From Eledone cirrhosa (lineage: Eukaryota): a stretch of 64,000 nt of DNA. The stretch spans positions 256,618,001-256,682,000 of the forward strand of contig OZ024740.1 in NCBI GenBank assembly GCA_964016885.1. Direction: 5' to 3'. This document shows positions 42,734 to 56,436 of this stretch, in pieces. A program made the position numbers and the translations under genes. The notes below the pieces were generated by a model. It was not told the origin of the DNA. It made no database searches and worked only from the letters and a program-made list of their open reading frames with translations. Positions within the stretch are counted from its first letter, which is position 1. Each line of letters opens with the position of its first letter.

Positions 42734-45700
42734 AATAATAATAATAATAATAATAATAATGATTTCTTTATTGGACACAAAAGCTAACATTAAGAAAAAC
42801 ATTACAGACGGTACAGGACGGTACGATGTGGGTTTTGTGCGTGTACAGATTTTTATTATTTATATAAGAAACGAAAGAGAAAAATGACATAGAAACATAT
42901 ATATATATAAACAATAAAAATGAAAATTCAAACAATGAAAAATTCCCCAATAGAGGGGAAACATCCGAAGGTTACTCGTGGCGAAAACCACACAAAAGAT
43001 CACGGCCACCCTGACCACCAGGGCAAGCGCGTTCTCTCAATTTTTTCCCATTCCTCAAACTACAAGCGTATATTCAGAGCGGTCCCGTTCACTCGGACCA
43101 TTCTCGCTACATTCACCCACCTTTCAACAAACTTTCTAGAAGGCACCACTTGCCTCTCCACCCTGGTTTTCCTCTTCAAGTGAAACTTGAAAAAGTTAAT
43201 TAGGGATTCGCCGAAGAGAAAAGTGTTTGTCTTTAACCCTTTCAACCTTGTCCACCACACAATCTCTTTCGCCATGGCCACCAGGCAGATGAAAACCGTC
43301 TGCCCTTCCTCCTCGAAGGAAGACGGCGAGACCATCTGCACAATGGACACAGTCGATAACCAGATCGGTGCTACACGCGACAGCAACTGTTCGACATAGC
43401 TCCGCAAGTCAGCAATGCTCTGGCACTGAACCAGTGCGTGCACGACGGTTTCGTCGCTCTGAGCGCATCTCGGACAGGCTCGGCTGACGGCACTTCCGTG
43501 CCTGTAGAGCTTATCTCGAACCAGCAAAGCTCCCCGGTAGCACTGCCAGGCCAGGGATTTTTGGAAGTTATCCATAGGCCCTGGGCTTAAAGTTCTCCGG
43601 AAGAGAGCAAACAGTTAATTTTCTTCGACGCCCAGGATCTTTCCGAAAACGTCGTCGCCCTTCCCCTCCACCAGTCCTCTATAGAACGCCGAAGTGGATG
43701 TTCCACCGATACTGGTGCCCAGCTGGCAGAGGGCAGTGAGCGCCTGGAGACATTCCAGTTTCCAAGCGCTATCCCTCGGTCTTTTCCTGACCCAGGACTG
43801 AAGTTCCTTCAAGGAGACGAGCTGTGGGAAAACGTGCCTGGCGAACGGCGACCACACCTGTTCACCGTCAAGGAAGCACCAGAGATGTCACAGCCTCAGC
43901 GCATGTTTGCGAATCATCAGCCATGGCATGCCCAGTCCTCCACGCAACGGGTGCTGACAGCAGATGGATCAACTGACCATGGGAGCGCGTCTCTTCCACA
44001 AAAAGCTGAAGAGAAGGCGCTCCATTTTGGTGAGAGTTGGACGGAGGCAAGGTACGACGGTCAGGCGGTAGCAGATGACGGACGCGATGAACGCATTCGC
44101 CAGCTCCGCCCGGCCTTTCAGGGACAGCCTCCTCTCGACCCATTTCTGGGTGAGAGAAGCCACCCTGCTCGTCACCTCGCTCCAGTTTTTTTCCATCTGG
44201 ACCTCCAGACCGAACCAGACCCCGACGAATTTAACCGGTCCTTCCCTCCAGCGCCTCTCCAGGTGCTTAGTTGCACGCTTACCGACTATTCCTGATTTAT
44301 CTTTGTTCTTGTCACCGTTTCGTTATTCCTCGAGCGCGGTGCCGAGCATCTGGACGTGTTTGGTGCTCGACACCTCCACGGTGACGTCGTCGGCGTAAGC
44401 TGACACGGATCTTCCGCATTTCAGTACGTGTGGGACCCCCCTCATCGTCTCCAACTTGTGAAGTAACGGCTCGAGGGACAGTACCTACAAGAGGGACGAG
44501 AGTCGACAACCCTGGTGGAGCGAGCGCATAATGCTGAACGGCTGCGACTATTTACACTCAGAATCGAGCAGATGTCACTGTGCATCGCCGCGATCAAGCC
44601 CTAAAAACGGGCCCGATGCCGGCTGCTTCGAGGACCGCAGCCAGGTACCGATGGTCGACCCTATAAAATGCTTTAGATTGATTCAAGTTGATCAGAGCCC
44701 CACCCATGCCAGGTTCCTTAGCCACCCTCTCTATGATGTATCGCATGAGATGGAGGTTGTCGTGGATTGATCTGTCCGGAATGGCGCATGTCTGCTCCCC
44801 TCCCACTAGATCACCGATGACAAGCGCCAATATCATTGCTAACACCTTGGCCAAAATCTTGAACTCTGCGTTTAGCAGAGTTATGGGGCTGAAGTTGTCT
44901 ATAACGTCTCCCTTCTTCGGGTCTTTTCTCAGCAGTACCACCGCTCCCCGGCTCACAAAACTGGGAATACTCCCGTTCTGCTGCCAGTTGCAGTAGACGT
45001 CTGCCAAGAGGTCGCCGAACAAGTCTGGCATGTACGCATAAAGCTAGTAGGGCAGACCATCCAAACCAGGCGATTTACCCATCGTGCAGTCAGATATCGC
45101 TTTCCGTATTTCATCTGCTATTATTGGCTTTTCGCTGCGATGCGGTCGTCAAGAGCCGCTGCAGTCCGTCGAGGTATGCACCTAAGTCCATACTCCGATC
45201 TGGTCCGCCGCCGCTCCCGAACAATTGAGCAAAGTGCTGTTGAAAAGCCGCATACATCCGCTCGCGTTCGAGCAACATGCGCCCGTTTTGATCAGGCAAA
45301 GACCAAATTGTGGCTTTATTGCGTCGTCGCGCCTCCACCACCCGGGCCCATTGAACGGCTTTCGTCCACTCGTGTCAAAGAACACGCTCCAGCTCTGACA
45401 ACGCATCCTTCATTTTTTTTTGTGTTGAAGAATTGGTCGAGTGCCAATCTAACCACAAGAACGTCGGTTGCCATGCCTGTCCTAAACGCTTCTTCTAGCT
45501 TTCTAACTAGCTCTACCTCTACTCTATTTTCCTCAATCACTACTCCTTTCCTAAACCTAATCGATTCTACTCTAATAGCCCTTTTCAGAGTAAACCACCA
45601 CCTGTTGTTGACGATCGCACCTGTCAACGCACGCTTAACAAATTCGCTAATCCGGTCGCTGTAAGCTTTGCGCACCGGGAACGACGCGTTCAGCTTGCAG

Positions 45701-46862
45701 TAACTGGGCCCTTACCTATGGAGTCTAGCTAAGTCAACTTCACAGATCACAAATTTGTGGTCCATGTAGTTGACTACTTTCAATTCTGGACGAACTGCGC
45801 TAGCCTTATCTGTTTCCCTACAGAATACCCTATCTAAATACGATCTGGATGACCCGATGCGGTTTGCCCATGTCCACATTGGCACATTCGGATAATCCAG
45901 TCTATACCTGTCAGACATTTCAAAACGCCTGAGCAGTTTGTTGGGGCTTTTACACCCGCCTCCTCTGTCTACTAACCCCACATAAGCCCAGCGTGCATCT
46001 AAGATACCGTTCCAGTCGCCCACTAACACTAAAGAGCGGGACGTTCCAAGAAAGGTCTGTAGATGTCTGAAGAAATCTAGCCGTCCTGTCCCTGTTGGAG
46101 CGTAGACGGCTACTATCCTGAAAGCATTGCCTTCGCTGCCAGTCACGTCCAGCACCACGGACTTACCTTCTGGGTCCAGGAAGATAGCCCGTATGGCGAG
46201 ATCCAAACCTCTTCGAAAAAGCACAGCAAATCCTCCTCCCGATTCCGGACGACTGGGAGACGCGTATACATCGTAGCCGCCGAAGATTGGCGCGAAATCT
46301 CGTTCTTTGGAGATTCTGGTCTCGCTGATGGCCACCACATCTATGTTTAGTGACCTGAGGTCGTTCAGCAGGTGACCCTGCTTCCAAGATGACACTAAGC
46401 CACGTACATTTATACTGCCTATGTTAAGTACGGCCATGCTGGATGCGGAAACGAAGTGAGAAAGGATCACTTACCTTGATCGTGTGGGGAAGGGACAGTA
46501 GAACCGTCCCTTCGGCTGGTCATGGGTGTCTCCAAGAAGGTATCGGTATATACTCTATTGGAGAGTGACCCCCAAAGTTGGGTGTTGATTTTGTTTCTGT
46601 TTCCTTGTTGCTGGTGGTGGTGTGGCTGTTGTTGGTGGTGATGCTTGTGGAGGTGATGGTGGTAGTGTTGCTGCAAGTCTCCTTGCAGCCTTTAACCCTC
46701 TTTCTTTTCCTTCGCTTCTGGAGGTAGAAGCTGTGGTTTTTGCGTTTGTTCTTTTGTTGACAATCGTTTCCCACTCCTCAGCCGCCTCATACACTATGTC
46801 CGACTGTGAGAGGTCGGGGGTAGGTAGGAGTTCTACCCTCACATTTGTCTTTGTTGTTGTTG

Positions 46863-46894
<32 letters not shown>

Positions 46895-48029
46895 GGAGCC
46901 TGGTCTGCCGTTCTTAGTACAGGTGCAGCTGGTGCAACTGTTTCTGTTGCTGCAGTTGCCGCGGCTGTTTTTATTGTCCGTGATTTTGGTATGGGAGGAG
47001 CTCGCGACATTTTCGCTGACTGCTCTGTTTCTGATGGCAGCGGTTCCGGCGTTGGAAGGAGGGGGACCTTGGCCTTTGGTATTTTCTGTAGACAGAAAGC
47101 CCTGAGGTGAGACTTCGATCCACATTTGAAGCACTTGGGCGCATTCCTTCCACACATATGGGAAGTTGGGAGGCATTCCTGAGGTCTATTACGTCGGGAA
47201 GAGCGCTGATGCAGTCCTGGTTGGTTTGGATGAGCATCTCCATTCCAATACCGGACCAGTCCTTACTCCCCAAATTCTGTACCTGCAGAATGGTTGTTCT
47301 ATCCTCGATGCCCGCAAGAACAGACACGACCAGCCAAGGCACAGGTACTTAGGGCGGGACGTGGGTTACCCTGACCTTTGCAATTTTTTTCCCGCAGTAA
47401 AACGGGACTAACGTTATGTCATCACTTCGTAGGGTCCTCAGTGAGTGCGATTTTGCTTCTTGGGTGGTAGCAAATAGAATGTCCACAGTAGCATATTTCT
47501 TGCCACGAGTGATGTGGGATTTCCATTCCCACACAGTTCCCAAGGCCTTCTGGATTTGGGCCTCCAAGGCTTTCTCCACACGACGCGATTTCGTGGCAAT
47601 CGTGTGGTATGACACTGTGCGTCGCTCTTGTTCATCCAGGAAGTCGGTTGGTGGTTTCAAGGACACTGAAAATTCAGTTCTGGTTACCATGTGTCATGCA
47701 ACCGCCATCTCCTCCTCTGTGGTCAGGACTGTTTCTACGTTGCGAGCCACTTTGCAAGAGAGATGGTCCCTTTTTCAGTGGCACCATTGTTGCCGTCGCA
47801 ACTGCTGCTATTGGTCTTGTTGTTGTTGGTGCTGTTGTTGCTACTGCTACAAACGGTGTTGTTAGTGTTGCTGCTGCTGCTGCTACTACCACATGTGTTT
47901 TTGTTAATACTGCCGTTGCCGCTGCTACCTCCTTTGTTGTCAAATGCATCAGTACCTTGCTGAAGGAGTAATTTTTGTGTGGCGACATAGTTGAGGAATA
48001 GATTTATTGAATGACGCCATATTTCTTCT

Positions 48030-48062
<33 letters not shown>

Positions 48063-48250
48063 GGGGGGGGGGGATTTACTAAATGCAAAATTCAAATTGA
48101 AATTTAGCTCGAAGGGCAAAATACCAATTAATTTCGACCACCTCAAGAGAAGCGGGGTGTGTTTAACACAAAACAATATAATTTTTTACAAGTTCGCAAT
48201 AAAACTGAAACTCACGGGAACAAATTTCCTGCGACGTGTTATACTTCCAC
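42734..48250 (-). mobile_element. Tx1/L1-clade LINE B, near full-length, frameshifted
   Basis: ORF1 (~47950-46467) with CFKCGSKSHLRAFC knuckle; ORF2 46437-43060 with APE (INVRGL, ISET, GDWN, YLDRVF), RT (PITLLNAEFKILAK, AYADD) and C-terminal CPRC...H...C. Confidence 0.92.
45712..46437 (-). pseudogene. APE endonuclease domain of Tx1 ORF2
   Basis: Open 5' part of ORF2 with the canonical APE motifs. Confidence 0.9.
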
Positions 48251-51200
48251 AATAATGCTTTCTTTATTAGCCACAAGGGTTTACACAAAGTAGACATTAA
48301 GGACAGTACAAGACAATACAGGACAGTACAAAAAGGCATTTCTGCGTGTAAAAATAAGAAGAAACAGAGGATTAATAATAGAACAATGAAAAAATTCTCC
48401 AATAGGGGGGAGACTTCCGAGGGACATTCGTGGAGAAAGCCCATTAAAAAGCCACAGTGACCCTGACCACCAGGGCAAGTGCCCTCTCCCAGTTTTCCAC
48501 CTTTAATTTAGTAGGCCCATTCACTCGGGCCATTCTTGCCTCTCTCACCCATCTTTCAACAAAATGCTGGGAAGAGAGCACCTCCCTCTCTACCCTGATT
48601 TTCCTTTTCAAATGAAATTTGAAAAAGATAATCAGGGCATCACCGAAGAGGTAAGTGCTCGTCTTCCGCCCTTTCAAACGTGTCCACCATACTATCTCTT
48701 TCGCCATGGCCACCAGACAGATAACAACTGCCTGCCCTGACCGGCCAAAGAAAGAGGGCGGGGCAATCCTCACGATGGACTCAGGTGATAGCTGGATCCG
48801 TCCTACACGCGACAGCAGGTGTTCGATATAAACCCACAAGTCAGCAATGCTCGGACACTGGACGAGTGCGTGCAGGACGGTTTCGTCGCCATGCGCGCAT
48901 CTCGGTCATGCACGGCTGACGGCACTTCCATGCCTGTAGAATTTATCCCGAACTGGCAACGCTCCTCGGTAGCACTGCCAGGCCAGGGATTTCTGGAAGT
49001 TGTCCATAGGCCCCGGCCCGAAAGTTCTTCCGAAGAGATTGGCTAGTTGAATTTCGTCGACGCCTAGAGTTTCCCCAAGTACGTCGTCGCTCTTCCCCTC
49101 CACTAATCCTCTATAGAACGCCAAGGTGGAGTTTCCACCGATCACATTGCCCGATTGGCCGAGGGCTGTGAGCGCCTGAAGACATTCCAGTCTCCAAGCG
49201 CTCCCTCTCGGACTTCGCTTGACATAGGACTGCAGCTCCGTCAAGGAGACGAGCTGGGGAAAGACGCGTCTAGCAAACGGCGACCACACCTGATCACCAT
49301 CGAGGAAGAGGTGAAGATGTCGTAGCCTGAGCGTGTGTCTGCGCATCATCAGCCACGGCATGCCTAGCCCTCCACGTAGCGGGTGTTGACAGCAGATGGA
49401 CTGTCTGACCATAGGAGCGCGTCCCTTCCACAAAAAGCGAAAGAGCAAACGCTCCAGCGCAGTCAGGCGGGGCTTAGGACAAGGTACGACGGTCAGGGGG
49501 TAGTAGATTACGGACGTGATATACGCGTTAGCCACCTCCGCTCGACCTTTCTGTGTGAGAGAAGCCACCCTGCTCGTCACCTCGTCCCAGTTTTTGTCCG
49601 TCTGGAGATCCGGACCGAACCAGACCCCGAGCAATTTAACCGGTCCATCCGTCCAGCGCCCGACGACGCTGTTGGACGGTATGGACCTGCCTCTCCAGGT
49701 GCCGAGCTGCAGGCCCACTGATCATTGCTCCTGTCACCGCTTCGTATTCTCTTAGTGTAGTGCCGATCGCCTCGATGTGTTTGGCGTTCGACACCACTAC
49801 GGTTACATCGTCCGCATATGCTGACACGGATCTTCCGCATACTAGTTCGCACGGGACACACCTCAACGTCTCCAGTTTGTGCAGTAATGGCTTGAGAGTC
49901 AATACGTACAAGAGGGACGAGAGGGGACATCCTTGGCAGACCGAGCGCATGATGTTGAACGGTTCCGAAAGGTGACCGTTCACTCTCACCACAGAGCAGA
50001 TGTCGCTGTGCATGGCAGCGATGCAGCCTCTGAAGACGGGCCCAGAGCCGGCCGCTCTCAGGGCTGCCGCTAGATAACGATGGTCGACCCTATCGAAAGC
50101 TTTCGACTGATCTAAATTGATCAAGGACCCCCCCCCCCCCCCCCCCGTTCCAGGTTCCTTAGCTACCGCATGTCTGCGGCTCTCCCACAAGACCAGCAAC
50201 GACTAGCGCCAACCTCTTTGCTTGCACCTTGGCCAAACTCTTGAACTCCGTGTTTAGCAGAGTTATGGGCATGAAATTATCTATGTTATCCCCCTTGTTC
50301 GGATCCTTTCTCAGCAGCGCCACAGCTCCTCGGCTCACAGAGGTGGGAATTCTCCTGTCCTGTAGCCAGTTGCAGTAGACGTCCGCCAAGAGGCCTCCGA
50401 ACAAGTCTGGCATCTGTACGTAAAGTTCATAAGGCAGAACATCCAAACCAGGCTATTTACCCCTTCTGCGGCCAGTCATTTCCTCCCGTAATTCAGAATA
50501 CTCTATCTAGATATCATCTGGTTGACCCTATGCGGTTTGTCCAAAGTCCACATTGGCACATTCAGGAGATCCAATCGGTACCTGTCAGACAGTTCAAAAC
50601 GCCTGAGCAGGTTGGTGAGGCTCTTGCACCCTCCTCCCCTATCAGCTAATCCCACACAGTTCCAGCGTGCATCTATGATCCCGTTCCAGTCGCCCACTAA
50701 TACTAAAGAGCGGGACGTTCCAAGAAAGGTCTCCAGACGCCGGAAGAAATCAGGCCGCCCTGCTCCTGTCGGGGCATAGAAGGCCACTAGCCTAAAAGCT
50801 TGCCCGTCTCCTCTGGTCACGTCCAGCATCACCAATTTACCTTCTGGGTCAAGGAAGATGGCCCGTATGGCGAGATCCTAACCCCTCCGAAAATGCATAG
50901 CAACTCCTCCCCCCGATCCAGGACGGCTGGGAGATGCGTACACATCGTAGCCGCCGAAGATCGGTGCAAAGGCCCGTGCTTCGGAGATTCTGGTCTCGCT
51001 GATGGCCACTACATCTATGTTTAGTGACCTGAGGTCGTTGAGCAGGTGGCCCTGCTTCCATGACGACCCCAAGCCACGCGCATTCATGCTGCCTATTCTG
51101 AGTGAGGTCACGTTGAAATGGAGTGGACAAGATGGGAAAGACCACTTACCTTACTTCTCGTAGAGGAAGGATGGTTTCTCCATCCTTTTCACTGCTTGTG

Positions 51201-53265
51201 GCCTCCTCCGGAAGGATGTCCTTATAAATCCTCCTGGAGATTGCTTGTCGGAAGTCTCTGAGGTCTTTGGGGAATTTTTGTTTTAGTGTCGTGTACGTTT
51301 TCTGTGTGATGCGAGTGATTTGTATGTGTGGAGGTGGTGTGAACTTTTGGGGTGTTGGGTAGTCCTTTTCTGTGATGCTGGTGTTGTGTTGGATGTAATG
51401 CAATAATTGGTTGTTGTTCAAATTTAATGCTGTGTAGTGCGTATCGTTTTGGTTGTTTTGTTTTGTTTGCGTTTGTTGTGGGTTTGTTCTGTTTCGCTTT
51501 TTAGTGACTTTTGTGGTGTTGGTGATGGTGGTGTTGGGGTTAATGATGGTGATGGTGTTGGTGATGCTGGTGTGGATGGTAGCATATATGTCCTAACCTT
51601 TTTGTTTGATAGTTTATTTGTTTCCCTCTGTATTTTGTTTTTGGAGGTGGAGGGAAGAGAATTTTTTCTTTTTTGGTTTCTTTTTTTCTTTTTTCCTGAT
51701 ACCGTTTCCCACTCCTCGTCGTCACAATCTGTCTCCAGTTGCGATAGGTCGGGGAGTGGAAAATCCTCCACAGGCGTTGGTTTTGGTTGTGCCGTGGTGG
51801 ATGGTGTAGGCGCTGGTGCTAGTTCTGGCGCGTTGGAAGGTGGTGGTGTTGGTTTTGCTACTGTTGCTGGGGTTGTTGCTGTTACAGTTGCTTCTGTTGT
51901 TGCTGCTACAGATGTTGCTGCCATCTCTGCTGCTGGTGGTGTTGATGGTTGACTCACTGGGGTGGGTAAGAGAGGTGGCCTCAACCTTTTAGCCTGAGGG
52001 CAGAAAGCCCTTAGGTGAGTTCCTTCACCACAAACGACACACCTAGGCCTTCTGCCCTCGACGATTACGGTGAGGTGGCTGCCATCAGTGAGGTCTATTA
52101 CCTCTGGGATCTCTTCAATGCTTTTTGGGTCCGCTTGGATCAGGAGCTCCATCTCAGATCCGGACCAGTTCTCCTGCTTTTTTTTCGCTATTTCGATTAT
52201 CTTGGTGTTGGCTTCGATGCCGGCGAGGACGGCAGCCATTAGCCAGGGAATTTCGATGGCCGGTGGAACGTGGGTGACCCTGATCTTCACGAGTCTCTGG
52301 CCACAATAGCTTGCGACGAGTGTGAAGTCGTCACTTCTTAATGGGGCCATGGAGTGTTCTCTAGCCTCCTGTGGTGTTTCAAAGAACACGTCCACGGTTC
52401 CATATTTCTGCCCACGTCTGATGTGGGTCTTTTTTGCCCACACATGTCCCAAAGCTTTTTGGATTTGGGACTCGGAAGCCCGTTCCACTCGGCGCGATTT
52501 TATGTTAATCATCCGATAAGACACGGTGCATACGCGCCGATGCTCCATTTTATTAGGTGTGTGTGGGGGGGGGCTGACCCTGTACCCATCTTTCTTTACC
52601 ATATTTTGGCTTCTTCGAATTCCTCCTGAGTTACCTGGAATGCTTCGCACTGTTTTGCTACTCTGGCAAAACTCAGAGTGGTTTTCTCAATTTCATTGTT
52701 GCTGTTGTTGTTATCGTTATTTTTGTTGTTGTTAATTTTAGTTTCAGTTGTGGTGGTGGTGGCGTCTGTGGCGTTCGGTGTGGAAGAGTTCATTTTGGTT
52801 GAATTCATTTCGATATCACGAGTTAATTTATTTTCTTCTTTTGTTTCTGTTGTCGCTGTGGTTGGGGGGGGGGGGGGCTTCAACACCTGCAGTCATTGGT
52901 AATGGCGGGAAATGAATGTCTGCCTGAGACGAATTTAAAATATTGCTACTGCTTATATTTTTAGTGTTGGCAAACGTAGTAATATTTACAATGGTGGTGT
53001 CGGTGTGAGGTGTTAGTTTGTGATGAAGGCGTGACTGTGAGTCATCCATGATTTTTTTCAAATAAATTTTTGTTTGATAATTATAAAAGTTTAAGTTTTG
53101 GGCTCAAGGCCCCAATCTTTTTGAGTGTCCTTTTCAGAAATCAATGTATGTGCACTTATATACAGTTAACAATAAAATGTTTCCATAAATGGCAACTTTA
53201 AACTACTGAAAACAACAAACCTTTGCGGAGCTCAATATAATACGATTTACTACGTAGGTCGCCAT
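48251..53265 (-). mobile_element. Tx1/L1-clade LINE C, near full-length, deletion between EN and RT
   Basis: ORF1 ~53050-51146, ORF2 51111-48500 fragments; 5' end shares GAGCTCCGCAAA with element A. Confidence 0.92.
51424..52650 (-). pseudogene. Tx1 ORF1 (RRM-like region + CCHC zinc knuckle + Pro/Thr-rich tail)
   Basis: 408-aa open segment with RRPRCVVCGEGTHLRAFCP; frameshifted at both ends. Confidence 0.85.
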
Positions 53266-53287
53266 TAATAATAATAATAATAATAAT

Positions 53288-56200
53288 ATGGAACTCAGCA
53301 GAGAGATTAGATTGGGAATGGAGAGTGGAGTATGCCAGGCAAACGAGCCAATGGGAGATGAAGGTGAAGAGGTTGAAAGAACGGAGGAAACAACCAAAGC
53401 AGACAATGATCTGAATGCTGAAATAAATAATATCTGGAACAAAGATACAGCGATTGAGAAGATGAATGCTGACGGGCTAGGACAAGATTTGGTTGACATC
53501 CTAAACTTAGTGGTAGATGAAATTAACACTGATAGGGGGAAACCTATGTACCTAAGATTTATAGATAGGAAAAAGTTAAAAGAAACAACAGCTAAGGTAA
53601 ACCTTGTGGCGAGGAACCTTCACCAGTGCCACTATATCCTCAAAGCAACAGCAACTGCGGCGAGGAAATTACTTGGCATAAAAGCGAGAGGAAACAACAA
53701 ACAAGAAATATCAGAACCTTGGTGGAAGAAACGACTGAATGGTCAAAGCAGGGACATGAGAAATGACATTGGAACGCTTGAGTCCCTACTGAATGGGACA
53801 TTACAAAACATAGACACTAAAAATAGACTGGAAATAAAGTACAAAACTAGGAGGAAAAAGCTAAATATTAAGATAGATTAACTGAAGCAACGCATTGTAG
53901 CAAAGAGCGCAAAGATTAGGTGATACGAGAGCAGAGTCAGTCAGTATAGACAGAAACGCATGTTTGACAACAACCAGAAAAGATGTTGTTTGGACAGTTT
54001 GAAGGGAAAGAAAGAGGCAACGACTTGATCCCTGAGGCGGAACAAACTAAAACATTCTGGAGAGGAATATGGGAGCAGGATGTTGAACATAATGATCAGG
54101 CAGTGTTCATTGAGACAGTACAAAAGGAGATTAGTGAACAGGCACACCAACAAACTGATTTTAGTGTCACAGTTGAAACTCTTAAGGGGCAGGCCCGAAA
54201 ACTAACCAACTGGAAATCACCAGGCCCAGATGGTGTGCAGGGATATTGGATTAAAAATATAACATCCCTCCACCCGAAACTGAAAACCATGTTCAATGAC
54301 TGCTTGATGTCAGGTGAGGTACCAGAGTGGTTGACAAAAGGTACCACTGTTCTGGTAATGAAAGCCAGAACCAAGGGTAATGCTGTTACCAACTATAGAC
54401 CTATCACATGTCTGTCCGTAATGTGGAAACTGTTGACAAGCATTATGTCTGAGGAATTTTACCATCACCTCCACATAAACAACTTTTTACCGAACGAACA
54501 GAAAGGATGCCGAAAGAAGTCCCGTGGTACAAAGGACCAGTTAGTTATTGATAAGATGGTAATGAGGAATTGCAGGAGGAGGCACACTGGTCTTGCCATG
54601 GGATCGATAGACTACAAAAAGGCATTCGACATTGTATCTCATTCTTGTATAACCAAAAGACTAGAGATCTTCAGGGTGGCAGATAACATCAGACAGTTGT
54701 TGAGCAAAAGTATGAAGTCCTGGAAAACAGAGTTAACATCAGCTGGAGAATCCTTGGGAGGCGTGAAGATCAAGAGAGGTATCTTCCAGGGAGATAGTTT
54801 GTCCCCTCTTCTCTTTGTCCTTGCCCTGATACCACTGACGATTATACTGCGAATAGTGAGAGCAGGATACAATTTGGGAAAGGGAGAGCTTACCATCAAT
54901 CACCTCCTCTTCATGGACGATCTTAAGCTCTTCGGGAAGAGTGTGAGGGAGTTGGATGTGCTTGTTAACACTGTCCGTATTTTCAGCAATGATATATGTA
55001 TGCAATTTGGTATTAGTGAGTGTGGAGTCCTTGTGATGAAGAGGGATAATTTGAGCAGAAGCAACGGAATCCAGTTACCAACAGGTGAGATGATAAAGGA
55101 AATTGATGCTGAAGAAGTATACAAATATTTACGTATTCTGGAGGCTGATGAAATCAAGAACAAAAAAATGAAGGAATTGATAAGATCTGAATACATTAGG
55201 AGAGTAAGGAGCGTATTAAAGTCACATCTGAACAGTAGGAATGCCATAAGTGCAGTAAATTCCCGAGCTCTGTCTATTATTAGGTACAGTGCGGGAATTC
55301 TGAGATGGAATGTTGCTGAACAAAAAGAAATGGATAGGAAGACTAGGAAGCTATTGACTATCTACAACATGTTCCACAAGAGGAGTGATGTCGATAGACT
55401 CTACTTAAGGAGATCTGAAGATGGAAGAGGTCTTATCAGCATAGAGGATGTGTTCAGATGGAGAAAAACAACCTACACAAATACGTGACTGATAGTAGGG
55501 AGCCAATGCTCAGGATTGTACTGAAGGAGAGGACAATAGACCAGGGGATGTCCAGGGAGGAAATAACAACAAGGAGAAAGAGCAACCTTCATGAAAAATC
55601 CCTTCATAGTGCGTTCTTTGAGAAAACTGAATTTAGAGATCCACAGATGGTTGAAAAGAGGAGACCTTAAAAAGGCTACAGAAGGAATGCTAATGGCTGC
55701 GCAAGAGCAGGCCCTCAAAACGAAGTGGCTGAAACACCATATTTAGAGGGAGGAAGCTAGCCCACTGTGTAGGATCTGTGGAGAGAGAGAGGGGAGACTG
55801 TGGCTCACATTGTATCCGAGTGTAAACACCTAGCCCAGACTCACTATAAAGGCTGGAGACATGATGTGATGGGCAGGGTGATCCACTGGCACCTATGCAA
55901 AGTAAACAATTTACCACATTCTGAGAAGTAGTATGAGCATAAGCCAGAGTCGGTGATGTAAAACGATCAGGTGAAGGGGCTGTGCGATTTTAGGATACAG
56001 ACGGACAAGAAACTGGAACACAATAGACCTGACCCGGTGGTTTTGGACAAGGAAAAAAGATCGTACCTGATTGTGGATGTAGCCTGCCCATTCGACACGA
56101 GAGTGCAAGAGAAGGAGAGGGAGAAAATTAACCGATACCAGGACTTAAAGTGGGAGGTAAAAAGGATTTGGAACTGCCATGAGGTCAAAGTGGTCCCGAT

Positions 56201-56436
56201 TGTCATAGGCGCACTAGGTACTATCTCAAAGAGTTTCCAAGTATGGTTAAAGAAAATTGGTCCCGCCCCGCTTTTTGGAACACTTCAAAAGGCATGCTTG
56301 CTGGGAACAGCAGGAATCCTCCGATACGTCCTGAATATCTGAGGCTGTAGGTAATGGCTGGATATGCATTTCAACAAACTTTCCAGTTAAATAACATCAA
56401 TGACTGAGACTCAAAGAACAACAATAATAATAATAA
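53288..56436 (+). mobile_element. R4/Dong-clade non-LTR element (RT + CCHC + RLE) inserted in (TAA)n
   Basis: EPWWKKRL, WKSPGPDG, NYRPITCL, IDYKKAFD, RGIFQGDSLSPLLF, HLLFMDD, CRICG...HIVSEC, RHD, RPD...IVDVACP...K.Y; (TAA)n on both sides. Confidence 0.92.

Noticed and set aside
48058-52877. G/C homopolymer runs as programmed frameshift or G-quadruplex sites
   Set aside because: Positions are not conserved between copies; slippage or sequencing error is the simpler explanation
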